Positions 9,402 to 18,433 of a DNA stretch of 64,000 nt are shown in pieces. The notes beneath the pieces were generated by a model. The model was not told the DNA's origin. It was given only the letters and a program-made list of their open reading frames with translations, and did not search any database. Source of the DNA: a virus. Numbering within the stretch: position 1 is the first letter of the stretch; the number at the start of each line of letters is the position of its first letter. The translations under genes and the position numbers were made by a program. The stretch covers positions 17,810 to 81,809 of IMG/VR virus record IMGVR_UViG_3300043395_001970; one strand, 5' to 3'.

Positions 9402-10223
9402 TTATGAATTGAAAAGGTCATCAAATGCTGCTGCTACATCATCTAATTTCTTAGCTGGTGCTGCCGCTGGTTTTGATGGAGTTGTATCAAATGGTGCGTC
9501 ATCCTCATCTTTCGCTGTTGAAGAAAGGGTTTCAGCTGATGCTGATTTCTCATCTTCAGAAGCTGCGTTAGATGGGTTTAACCAACCTTCTAATACATTC
9601 TTCAATTCTGCATAAGTTAATTCAGAATAAAGTTCGGTGATTTCTTTTTGCTCAGAAAGAAACTTATCATTTTCAGCTTTAGTTGTTGCTAATGGTGTTT
9701 CTTTTGGCTTAACACGAATTGTTGTTACAGGGTAAGAAGTACCACTGTCTTCTGCGGATACAACTTCAACGGTAATATCTCTACCAGTTTCAGGATCGGT
9801 AATATCACCATAATCAGGATCAGCCATATAACCAAGAATTTCTTGATATACAGTTTTACCAAAGCCCCAGAATCTTACACCTTCACCTTCCTCACCTCTT
9901 ACCAATACTGGTACGAAGGTTCTAAGTTTCGGCTCCATTTTCTTTGCAGCTTTCCAATCTTCCTTATCACCCATTCTTTTAAGTTTATCAGCAAACTCAA
10001 CGATTGGGTCAGGTCTGCCAAAACTCATTGGAGATAAGTAAGTTTTGTTGTTGATGTTGTAGTGAAAATAAAGTTCAATAAAAGGATTCTCTTTATTGAA
10101 TTTGTACGGCACCAATCTGATTGTGTGTTTGCCTGGTGCTGGCTTCCAAAGTTCTACTGTGGTTCTTTGGGTGTTTTGCAGTTTGTTAAGTCTGCTCTTA
10201 ATTGCGTCTAAATTAATAGCCAT
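9402..10223 (-). CDS. single-stranded DNA-binding protein (T4 gp32-like)
   Basis: WKP..GKHTIRLVP, DITDPETGRDI, acidic tail ending AFDDLFNS; adjacent to recA. Confidence 0.8.
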   Translation of the reverse strand: MAINLDAIKSRLNKLQNTQRTTVELWKPAPGKHTIRLVPYKFNKENPFIELYFHYNINNKTYLSPMSFGRPDPIVEFADKLKRMGDKEDWKAAKKMEPKLRTFVPVLVRGEEGEGVRFWGFGKTVYQEILGYMADPDYGDITDPETGRDITVEVVSAEDSGTSYPVTTIRVKPKETPLATTKAENDKFLSEQKEITELYSELTYAELKNVLEGWLNPSNAASEDEKSASAETLSSTAKDEDDAPFDTTPSKPAAAPAKKLDDVAAAFDDLFNS

Positions 10224-10329
10224 TTTCTTTTAAGTTTTAAGAGTTTAAGTTTTAAAACGTTTATGTTTTAAGGTTGGATTATAGTGTCTTTCCTACACTT
10301 CCGTTACACATATAAATATAAAGGAGATA

Positions 10330-10361
10330 CAAATATACAACAAATTTCTGAGATTTCCAAA
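10330..10361 (-). promoter_or_regulatory. Bacteroidota-type sigma70 promoter (ssb P1)
   Basis: TTTG-N20-TATATTTG. Confidence 0.75.
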
Positions 10362-10398
10362 TCTTTTTTTGCGGTATATTTTATCATAAAAGATGTAA

Positions 10399-10430
10399 CA
10401 AATATAGGAAAAATTTGTGACAAATCCAAA
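10399..10430 (-). promoter_or_regulatory. Bacteroidota-type sigma70 promoter (ssb P2)
   Basis: TTTG-N20-TATATTTG. Confidence 0.75.
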
Positions 10431-10431
10431 T

Positions 10432-10455
10432 AAAAAAGGGAGTATTTAACTCCCC
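10432..10455 (-). terminator. intrinsic terminator after endolysin
   Basis: GGGAG-TTAAATA-CTCCC-TTTTTT. Confidence 0.75.
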
Positions 10456-10460
10456 TTCTT

Positions 10461-11291
10461 TTATGCTAACAAATGATAGTATTCTTTAAAGTGTTTTATA
10501 CGGTCTGCCAATCCAATTGTACCACCATTTACTCTTTTAGTAATAGATGTTACTACCGCATCGGTTGCACCACCATCAGCCATTATATGTAATTTATTCT
10601 TATTGAAGAACCATGCTGCTGAAAGTAAAGCATATTTAGATGCTACTACATCAGGATTAGATGGAATATCTTCACCGATTGCTTTACCAAATGCGGTATA
10701 GTTATCCTTTCCTGTCAATTGGATATAACCACGTCCTCTGAATTTGTAGCCTTCGCCACTCGCCTCATCACCATTACCCATACGAGATGCATATACTTTA
10801 TTTGCAATCTTTTGTGGGTTTCTTTGATATGCGTTTGCTATAGCTTCAGTTGGGAAATACTTTTTGAATATACCCATTAAACCTTTTGCTGAATAGTTTA
10901 AGTTTTCTTGCGTTGCTTTGAATCCGCCACTCTCATGTCCACATTGTGCTAAGAAGTGTGCCAATCTTAATGGAGTGTTAATTTGGAATTTAGCTGCCGT
11001 ATCAGGAATCATTGCGATTACTGCATCTGGAATATGACCTTTTAATTTATCTAATTTCAATCCACCAACAGGTGCAATAGGTGCAGGTGGTGCAGGCGCT
11101 GGTGTGTTTTCACCCATAATTTTTGCCCAGGTTCCATCTCCTACAATACCATCAGGATTTAATCCATTTTTTAATTGAAATGCTTTTACAGCTTCTTCAG
11201 TTTTTGGACCGTAGTTTCCTATTGGTTCTAAACCTAATTTTGTTTGTAGTTGTTTAACGTGTTCGTTATTATCACCTCTTTTTAATAACAT
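10461..11291 (-). CDS. endolysin: N-terminal peptidoglycan-binding domain plus GH19 (chitinase/lysozyme) domain; likely start MLLKRGD at 11291
   Basis: VKxLQxxLG..G..T..AVKAFQ..DGIVG PG-binding domain; AHFLAQCGHESGG, ENLNYS, RGRGYIQLTG, INGG-like VNGG.IGL.DR. Confidence 0.92.
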   Translation of the reverse strand: MLLKRGDNNEHVKQLQTKLGLEPIGNYGPKTEEAVKAFQLKNGLNPDGIVGDGTWAKIMGENTPAPAPPAPIAPVGGLKLDKLKGHIPDAVIAMIPDTAAKFQINTPLRLAHFLAQCGHESGGFKATQENLNYSAKGLMGIFKKYFPTEAIANAYQRNPQKIANKVYASRMGNGDEASGEGYKFRGRGYIQLTGKDNYTAFGKAIGEDIPSNPDVVASKYALLSAAWFFNKNKLHIMADGGATDAVVTSITKRVNGGTIGLADRIKHFKEYYHLLA

Positions 11292-11298
11292 CCTAATA

Positions 11299-11727
11299 TT
11301 ATTTATTTTCGTTAGATATAACTTCTTTACCTTCACCAAAATCAATTACTTCAAAAACTCTTGTCTGAATTTTCTTAGTACCTTCAGCGTTGGTTAATAT
11401 TATTGAATTTTTAAATTTCTGCCAATTGATGACAAATGAATTATCCAATACACCACCATTTTCTTCTTTTACCAGTTCGTTAAGTGCGTTGATAGTATAT
11501 AGTGTATTTGATTCTTTCTTTCTGTGTATTAAAATAGTGTTTTCCAACGGAGTATCCGGTTGGAAAGCTGTATCAATATTGTATGTGATGAATAACTCAT
11601 CTAAATTACTCTTATTTTGGAGTATATAGATGTAGTTATACACTATGTGGTAAGTTTCACGAATTAATTGTAATGTATTTTGTAACTCACCTTTCGTTGT
11701 AAACGTACATAGTAACTGTGTTTTCAT
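11299..11727 (-). CDS. conserved phage hypothetical protein (142 aa)
   Basis: Clean ORF preceded by the ATATTTATA motif. Confidence 0.7.
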   Translation of the reverse strand: MKTQLLCTFTTKGELQNTLQLIRETYHIVYNYIYILQNKSNLDELFITYNIDTAFQPDTPLENTILIHRKKESNTLYTINALNELVKEENGGVLDNSFVINWQKFKNSIILTNAEGTKKIQTRVFEVIDFGEGKEVISNENK

Positions 11728-11798
11728 CCTCTTTTTTCCCTTTTTCTTTTATTATCTATAAATATGAAAATTCGGATGAAAGGATATTTTCAGTTATT

Positions 11799-14700
11799 TT
11801 ATCCGTATATATTTTTGTTAGCTGCTTCTAGTATTTTTGCAAATCTTTTATCTAATTGCATTTCAAACTTAATTTGGCCGCCATATCCAACACCATCTTC
11901 TCTAGCAACAATAGTGGCAATTGGTATTACTCTACCTTTTTTACCAGCTTTGTATGCCAAATATGGTGGTTCTTCATTGGTTACCGCAAATAAACCTTGT
12001 TTGATTTCTTCAAAGTTTGATGTTTGGAATATATTTTGCAATACAGCTCTATCTAAAGAATTAGGTCCAATTGCCATAGATTCTTCACCTTCACCAACTG
12101 CTTTCAATGGAAACTCCTCTCTAATAGCACCCAACATACCTTGCTTCAACTTAGGATTACTTCCCAAAGAACTAATTACAGCTTTTTGGTGAGCTTTGTG
12201 TACATCTTGTACATTTTGTAGATATTTAACTGCTCCTTTATCTCCCTTCTTTGCTAAAGTGGTAATTGCTGATAATACTACTTTATTAATATCTCTACTA
12301 CCTTTACCTGCTTGCAATTTAGCTACTGCTGTTACTAAATCTATTTTTTTAGATTTAACAATTGCTTGGAATTCTGGGTCATTAGCTACTGCATTTTGTA
12401 ATTTTTTAATATTAGCTTTTCCAAAATCTCCTAAAGCCTTTCTTTGATTCTTTTGATATACATTTGGATTAATATCATCAGGAATATTCGGGTCCCATTC
12501 AAACAATTTACCCGTGCCAGAATTTAAGAAGTTTACTGCTGTTGATTTCTTTAAAGATACTTCATCTAATATTTCTTGTCCATCTTTGGTTTTAATTTTG
12601 AAATATGCATCAGTTGAAAATCCTTTATTCTTTTTATAATCAGCCAATCCCATTGCTTCAACCTCACCTTGAGTATCCCAACTACCAGCCTCAATTGTTG
12701 CGCCAGGATATTCTTTAGCTAATCTATTTCTAATAGCTCTTCTGTTGTTTACTGCGGCTTTAATCCAACTTGTACCAACAACCCTACTACCTTCAACTTT
12801 TAATTTAGGGTTTGCTGCTATTTGTTGCTTTTCATGCTCTAATAAAGAGTTAAATAATGCTGCCGCTTGTTTATCATCTAATGTAGTTGAAATCATAGTC
12901 ATCAACTCACCCGCTTGTGCTGATATTTGTCCAGCTCCACCAGGTAAATCTGAAAAATGTGACCACTTTGCTGTTTCTGTTGTTGCTCTAGTGTTCATCA
13001 TTCTTTCCAATGCTTTTAAATGTCTTGGTGGAACTTTTGCATTAGCATATAATTCTTTTGGTAATTTATATGGAGCCGGTGGAGGTCCTATTTGGAATTT
13101 TTTATTTTTTTCTGCAAATTTAGCATCATCAGGTTGTTGCTTCTGAAGGAATTCTTTTGATTTTAAAGTATCTACCTTAGAAAGTGTTTTGTCTTTACCA
13201 CCAATAATTCTAGAACCTTTGGTTGGTTTAGTAGCTTTTGCGGTTGGTTCTAAATCTTTTTCTTTTGTTTTTCTAAAACCCAAACCTTGACCAGGAATTT
13301 CTTTTGGTTTTTTTTCAGTTGCTCCTAATTCACTATTACTAACGCCTGCTTTTTTAAGTAATCCAACTGCTGATTGATATGCTTGTATTTGTCCTTTGTT
13401 TTTAGAACCTTTGTATTTTAGTGCAGATGCTACTTTAATATCTTTTCCTGTTTCTGGATTTTTTACCGTTTGATTCAAAACATCATCTGCTTTTTTTATA
13501 GGATTTTCATTTAAAATCTCTAATATAATTCCATCAATTATTGAAATTTCTTTTTTCATTGTATCTTTTTCTTTCTTTTTATTATATGAATCAATCATTT
13601 CTTCCATTTGTTCAGGACTAATTTTCATATTTTCCAACCCATCAGCAATCATTTCGGTAAACTTAATAAATTGTGCATCCATTTCAGCTTCACCTTCAGC
13701 ATCCGCAAATAATGCTGCTCTACCAGCTCCTTTTAGGAAAGTTTCTGCAATAACATGTGGTACAAATTCAATAGCAACGTGCTTAGCAAAACCAACTGCA
13801 CCATAGGATAATCCACCCATAGCTGCACCAAATAGTGCGGTGGTTACTATTTTAGTACCAACTGATTTAATTGCATCTTTTTCGTGATGTGATAGAGAAT
13901 TCCATCCACCCGCTTCACTAAATAGTTTTCCAACAGCAACACCAGCTGTTTTGAATTCTTTTACTTCATGTTTAAACCCATCTTTTACTGCTTTCCAAGC
14001 ACCAGAAGCTTTATCTCTTAACCTTTCACTAATACTCTTTCTTGCCTCAGAACCAGGCTTATGATACCCCATATTGAAGTATTCCTTTTCTTTCTTATTC
14101 CAATTTTTTAACTTTTCTTTTATTCTAGATAAAGTTGATGGTTTTGTAGAAGTTGCTGGTTTTGGTTCATCTTTTTTCTTTCCCTTACCACTCATTGTTT
14201 CAATACCCATCTTTTCAGCAAAAGCATTTGCTCTTGGGATGTGTGTTTCAATATCCTCATCAACAATACGAACTTTCATTTTAATTGGTTCTTTATCACC
14301 ATTAGGCGGAGTATGTTTCATATTATACGCCTGAATTGTTGCCCATCTATGGTGCCCATCAATTACATATCCATCTCGTGTCACCATTATAGGTGCTGTA
14401 ATAAATGGATTGTTCGGGTCTTGCTCTAAAGAATTTACCATGCCCACAATTTGCTCGCCAACTAATTCACTTTGAGTTGCTTTTAGTGATGATGCAGGTA
14501 CTTCAACAGGATCACTTACATTTATACCTTCTGATTTTAAATAATCTTCAAATTCTTTTTCTACATTAACATGCTGAGTGTTTTCTTTTGCATACAAATC
14601 ATCATACTCTTGTTTCTTGTCTGCAGGGATTTCACCATCGTTAGGTAATCCCATTTTCTTTCTTACATTTTGGTCAGCAATTCTTTTTGCTTTTGCTTCA

Positions 14701-17700
14701 CCCTCAGAACCAGGTTTTGGTTTACCACCTAATTGTGGCATTTTATCTCTTGGTATTCCTATATTTTCATCACAGAATTTATTTGTACCAGGAATTGATA
14801 CTTTACATAAATCCCAATGTGGTGGTTTGTTTTCATCCTTAACTGCAGCAGAAAATTCTTTTTGTAATTCAGGATTATCTTTTAATGCTGGGTGTTTGAA
14901 TCCAAATGGTAATGGATGTACTTCTTTAAAATCTGCTGGTAGTTTACCCTCAGCTTTCATTTTTTCAATTACTGCCTTTTGTGCTCTTTCTTCTTCATCC
15001 AATACATCTTTGTAAAAATCATCTAACTTTGTAGAAACTTTATTTACAAATTTAGGATTTGGATTTTCTTCATTTTGAGCAGGTATATCAGTTCCCTCAA
15101 CATTACCCTTATCATCAACTTTTGGTTTTAACTTTGGGTCAGGTTTATATTCACCCTTTGGATTACCAGGTTCCGCCGGCTCCTCTTTTCTAGTTGGGGG
15201 AGCAACTTTTTTATCTGTTGGTGGTGTTTCACTCTTAGGAGCTTCTGGTTTTTGTTCGGGCTCTTTGTATGATGCCGCTGCTGCTTTAGCTTTTTGAGTT
15301 GCTTTTTTTACATCGTTTGGTGGTAATTCTTGAACTTTAATTTGTTTACCATTTGATAAAGTTGCCGTAATTGTTTTTTCAAATAAAGCAAATACATCTT
15401 CAGTAATAATATCCGAAAATGCTAAATCAACAACCCACTCCGTTCTTACATATTTTGCAGGTCCATTTGGCTTATCGGAATAATAACCACCACCTACACT
15501 ATAAATTTTATTTCCAGAAGATGATGTTGCCTCTTGACCAGGCTTTTCTTTTTTAATATCTTCTTTATCATCTTTCGTATCTTCCGGCTTTTCTTTTGGT
15601 TGCTTTGTATCCTTTGATTTTTTTGACATTTTATCAACAAGCTCAACATGACTTTCACCGGCAATTGTAATAGGTATTTTACCTTGTGCAGTTAATTCTT
15701 TATTTTTTTCAATTAAATTTTCATCTCTAATTTCATTAAATGCTACTTGAATATCATTTATTTTTGTTCCTTTATCGCCATTATCTTCTGGAAATGCTAA
15801 TCTATATAATGTTCCTTTATCTCCACTACCTTTTGGATTTTCTTCACTTGGAGACTCTCCAGTTGGGTTATCCCAATTTTCTATTGGTGGTAATCCTGCT
15901 TCTTTAGCTGCATCTTGTAAGAATTGTTTACCATCATCATCTAAAAAATCATTTGGTGACATTGTATCAGTACCCTCACCCTGTCCAATCATACTAGCCC
16001 AATTACCAGCTTTAACTTGAGAATCGTTAAATCCAGTTTTTTCTTTTTGTTTTTGGTATAGTTTGGATTGGTCATTATGTACATCCATATCATCACCATC
16101 CCATGTATCTACACCAGCACCCATTTCTTTAAACTTCGGAGCTGCATATTTCATCTCATCGTTAAATTCTAACTCACCTGCATCATTAGTTGCTCCGCCT
16201 TCACCTACAAACACAACATCTTTCCATCTTTCTTTTGGTATCTTAGATTTAACATCATCCAATATATCATCAACCATTGCTGTGTTTCCGTGCTTTGTTC
16301 CATATACGAATCCACCACCTTCCATTTCCATTGTTTGGATTTCTTCACCGGATTTCTTTCCTTTAAATTTTTGTGCTTTAGATTCCGGGTCATCATTGGC
16401 AGGTTCTCTCTTTGCTGGTTCAGATGGTTGTTGTTCTCCGGCAGTACCAGTTGTTTCACCTTGCTTTTTAGGTGCAATTCCTATATCTTCTGCAAACTTA
16501 TTACACATTGGAATTGCATCTTTAATATCCATATCAACAACTTCACATTTCATTGGTATTTGCTTATCAGGATATTTTGCGTTATATGCTGCTATTGCTG
16601 CCCATCTATGGTGTCCATCAATTACAAATCCATCTCTACTAACATATATAGGACCTGTTATACCTGGGTGGTTAGGGTCTTTTTCTAAAGCTCCCATCAT
16701 TCCAACTACTTTATCACCACCCAATTCAGATTGCGTTGCTTTTAATTTATCAGCAGGTACTTCAGTTTGAGTTGTTGTAATTCCTTTTTCTTTTAACATT
16801 TCTCTAAACACAGGTTCAGTATCTACTTCACCATCTTTGTTTAGTGGCATTTTTTCTGCTTTACTACCAGGAACCGGCTTACCTTTGAATTGTGGCATTT
16901 GGTCTCTTGGAATACCTAAGTTATCATCACAATATAAGTTAGTACCCGGCACAGTTATATCACACAAATTAATATCAGGTGCTTTTTCACCTTTAGCTTT
17001 TGCATCAGCAACAATTTGCTGAACTTTACTAATATCCGTATTGAATTTTTTTAATTCTTCTTTACCAATTCCATCTGGAATATCAGATGGTGCTCCAAAT
17101 GTATCAGGATCTGCTTCAGGTATTTCATTCTTTACATCTTGTGCTGGTATTGGTTCAAACCCGTCCTTCTTTTTAGGTTCTTCTTTTGGCTTTTCAGCTT
17201 CTTTATCTTTTTCAGCATCTGCAGCTAACTTAGCTTGAGTTTCTTTTTCTTTATCCAAACGAGCAGCCATAGCCGGGTCAACTTTAGGGTCAAACATAGC
17301 TTGTGCTTGCTGTTGTTTTTCTTTTTCAGCAGCTTGTTTATCTTCACCACTTTTTGGTTCTTCTTCTCCTTTTTTACCACCCTCACCACCTAATTCTTGA
17401 TTTAAGGCATCTCTTTCAGGAGAACCCTCTGGTGGTAAAACCTTTTCAGCTGCATCTCTTGCAGGTGTTCCTTCTGGTTGTCTTAAAAGATTACCAACAA
17501 TACCATCTTTTTGATTACCTTCTTTATCTTTATAAGAAACTTTTTTATTAAGGATAGGATTTGAAAAAGATTTTTCTTCTTCTTTTACAGGTTGAGGAGT
17601 TTTTCCTTTTTCAGTAATAAGATTTTGGACTAATTCTTCTTTGATATGAGACAATCCCATTTCAGAAAGTACAATACTTAATTCTTTCAAATGAGATGGG

Positions 17701-17780
17701 TTTTGTGGGTTTGGCATACCATCATTTACTCTATATGCCCATTCTTCAATTATTAAATTAACAATACCAGTTACGTTCAT
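11799..17780 (-). CDS. 1993-aa multidomain ('polyvalent') protein: two ParB/Srx-like domains, a TraB/Tiki-like domain and a C-terminal PD-(D/E)xK-like domain; probably a packaged internal protein
   Basis: Two copies of LKATQSEL...P(I)xV(S/T)RDGxVIDGHHRWA; GTKH/EG/RD/AGESH; GE...STD...EVSLKK; charged low-complexity linkers. Confidence 0.65.
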   Translation of the reverse strand: MNVTGIVNLIIEEWAYRVNDGMPNPQNPSHLKELSIVLSEMGLSHIKEELVQNLITEKGKTPQPVKEEEKSFSNPILNKKVSYKDKEGNQKDGIVGNLLRQPEGTPARDAAEKVLPPEGSPERDALNQELGGEGGKKGEEEPKSGEDKQAAEKEKQQQAQAMFDPKVDPAMAARLDKEKETQAKLAADAEKDKEAEKPKEEPKKKDGFEPIPAQDVKNEIPEADPDTFGAPSDIPDGIGKEELKKFNTDISKVQQIVADAKAKGEKAPDINLCDITVPGTNLYCDDNLGIPRDQMPQFKGKPVPGSKAEKMPLNKDGEVDTEPVFREMLKEKGITTTQTEVPADKLKATQSELGGDKVVGMMGALEKDPNHPGITGPIYVSRDGFVIDGHHRWAAIAAYNAKYPDKQIPMKCEVVDMDIKDAIPMCNKFAEDIGIAPKKQGETTGTAGEQQPSEPAKREPANDDPESKAQKFKGKKSGEEIQTMEMEGGGFVYGTKHGNTAMVDDILDDVKSKIPKERWKDVVFVGEGGATNDAGELEFNDEMKYAAPKFKEMGAGVDTWDGDDMDVHNDQSKLYQKQKEKTGFNDSQVKAGNWASMIGQGEGTDTMSPNDFLDDDGKQFLQDAAKEAGLPPIENWDNPTGESPSEENPKGSGDKGTLYRLAFPEDNGDKGTKINDIQVAFNEIRDENLIEKNKELTAQGKIPITIAGESHVELVDKMSKKSKDTKQPKEKPEDTKDDKEDIKKEKPGQEATSSSGNKIYSVGGGYYSDKPNGPAKYVRTEWVVDLAFSDIITEDVFALFEKTITATLSNGKQIKVQELPPNDVKKATQKAKAAAASYKEPEQKPEAPKSETPPTDKKVAPPTRKEEPAEPGNPKGEYKPDPKLKPKVDDKGNVEGTDIPAQNEENPNPKFVNKVSTKLDDFYKDVLDEEERAQKAVIEKMKAEGKLPADFKEVHPLPFGFKHPALKDNPELQKEFSAAVKDENKPPHWDLCKVSIPGTNKFCDENIGIPRDKMPQLGGKPKPGSEGEAKAKRIADQNVRKKMGLPNDGEIPADKKQEYDDLYAKENTQHVNVEKEFEDYLKSEGINVSDPVEVPASSLKATQSELVGEQIVGMVNSLEQDPNNPFITAPIMVTRDGYVIDGHHRWATIQAYNMKHTPPNGDKEPIKMKVRIVDEDIETHIPRANAFAEKMGIETMSGKGKKKDEPKPATSTKPSTLSRIKEKLKNWNKKEKEYFNMGYHKPGSEARKSISERLRDKASGAWKAVKDGFKHEVKEFKTAGVAVGKLFSEAGGWNSLSHHEKDAIKSVGTKIVTTALFGAAMGGLSYGAVGFAKHVAIEFVPHVIAETFLKGAGRAALFADAEGEAEMDAQFIKFTEMIADGLENMKISPEQMEEMIDSYNKKKEKDTMKKEISIIDGIILEILNENPIKKADDVLNQTVKNPETGKDIKVASALKYKGSKNKGQIQAYQSAVGLLKKAGVSNSELGATEKKPKEIPGQGLGFRKTKEKDLEPTAKATKPTKGSRIIGGKDKTLSKVDTLKSKEFLQKQQPDDAKFAEKNKKFQIGPPPAPYKLPKELYANAKVPPRHLKALERMMNTRATTETAKWSHFSDLPGGAGQISAQAGELMTMISTTLDDKQAAALFNSLLEHEKQQIAANPKLKVEGSRVVGTSWIKAAVNNRRAIRNRLAKEYPGATIEAGSWDTQGEVEAMGLADYKKNKGFSTDAYFKIKTKDGQEILDEVSLKKSTAVNFLNSGTGKLFEWDPNIPDDINPNVYQKNQRKALGDFGKANIKKLQNAVANDPEFQAIVKSKKIDLVTAVAKLQAGKGSRDINKVVLSAITTLAKKGDKGAVKYLQNVQDVHKAHQKAVISSLGSNPKLKQGMLGAIREEFPLKAVGEGEESMAIGPNSLDRAVLQNIFQTSNFEEIKQGLFAVTNEEPPYLAYKAGKKGRVIPIATIVAREDGVGYGGQIKFEMQLDKRFAKILEAANKNIYG

Positions 17781-17786
17781 AAGTTA

Positions 17787-18395
17787 TTAAAATTTGTGGT
17801 CAGGTTCTTCACATATCATTTCTAACTCATACCAATGAAATTTTGGTCTTTCGTTAAGGAAAACAAAACACTTCCATTTTTTTTGTTTTTCAAAGTAGAT
17901 GTGTTTTTGAATGTGTGATGGAACTGCTGCACCTGTTGCTACTCTTTTTGCTGGAGTATCAAAGAATGATTTTATTAAAACAGTCAAAGGTTCTACATCA
18001 TCCCATTTTCTTTCTTGCTCTTCCAACAATCTCCACTCACCTCTATTAAGGTATTGGTCTTGCATTATTGAATTTAAATATGAGAATGTTTGCTTTAAGT
18101 TCACTTCGTTATCAGAGAATGTTGCTGCAGGAGCTCCATGTCCTTTATCGTAAATGTTTGCTTTGTAATCTTCACCATCTGATGTTTTGATTCCCTTTTC
18201 AGTATAGAAATCCATATGTCCTCTATTAACATTTGTAGGCCTGTTTGTAGAACGATACTTAATGATTAGGGGTTGTTCTAAAGATTGTGAATAAAGTACA
18301 TCAAACACTTCATTTTTAATTCTAACATCAGGCAATTGTGCCAAAGAAGTTACCGAAACTAAAAGAAACGATAATAAAACAAAGATTTTTTTCAT
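17787..18395 (-). CDS. secreted DNA/RNA non-specific endonuclease (NucA-like His-Me finger); likely start MKKIF at 18395
   Basis: YDKGHxAPAA, TFSYLN..Q..LNRGEW..LE; Sec signal peptide MKKIFVLLSFLLVSVTSLA-Q. Confidence 0.85.
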   Translation of the reverse strand: MKKIFVLLSFLLVSVTSLAQLPDVRIKNEVFDVLYSQSLEQPLIIKYRSTNRPTNVNRGHMDFYTEKGIKTSDGEDYKANIYDKGHGAPAATFSDNEVNLKQTFSYLNSIMQDQYLNRGEWRLLEEQERKWDDVEPLTVLIKSFFDTPAKRVATGAAVPSHIQKHIYFEKQKKWKCFVFLNERPKFHWYELEMICEEPDHKF

Positions 18396-18433
18396 ATTAT
18401 AGCATATTTTTGTATATACTATAAATATACCCA

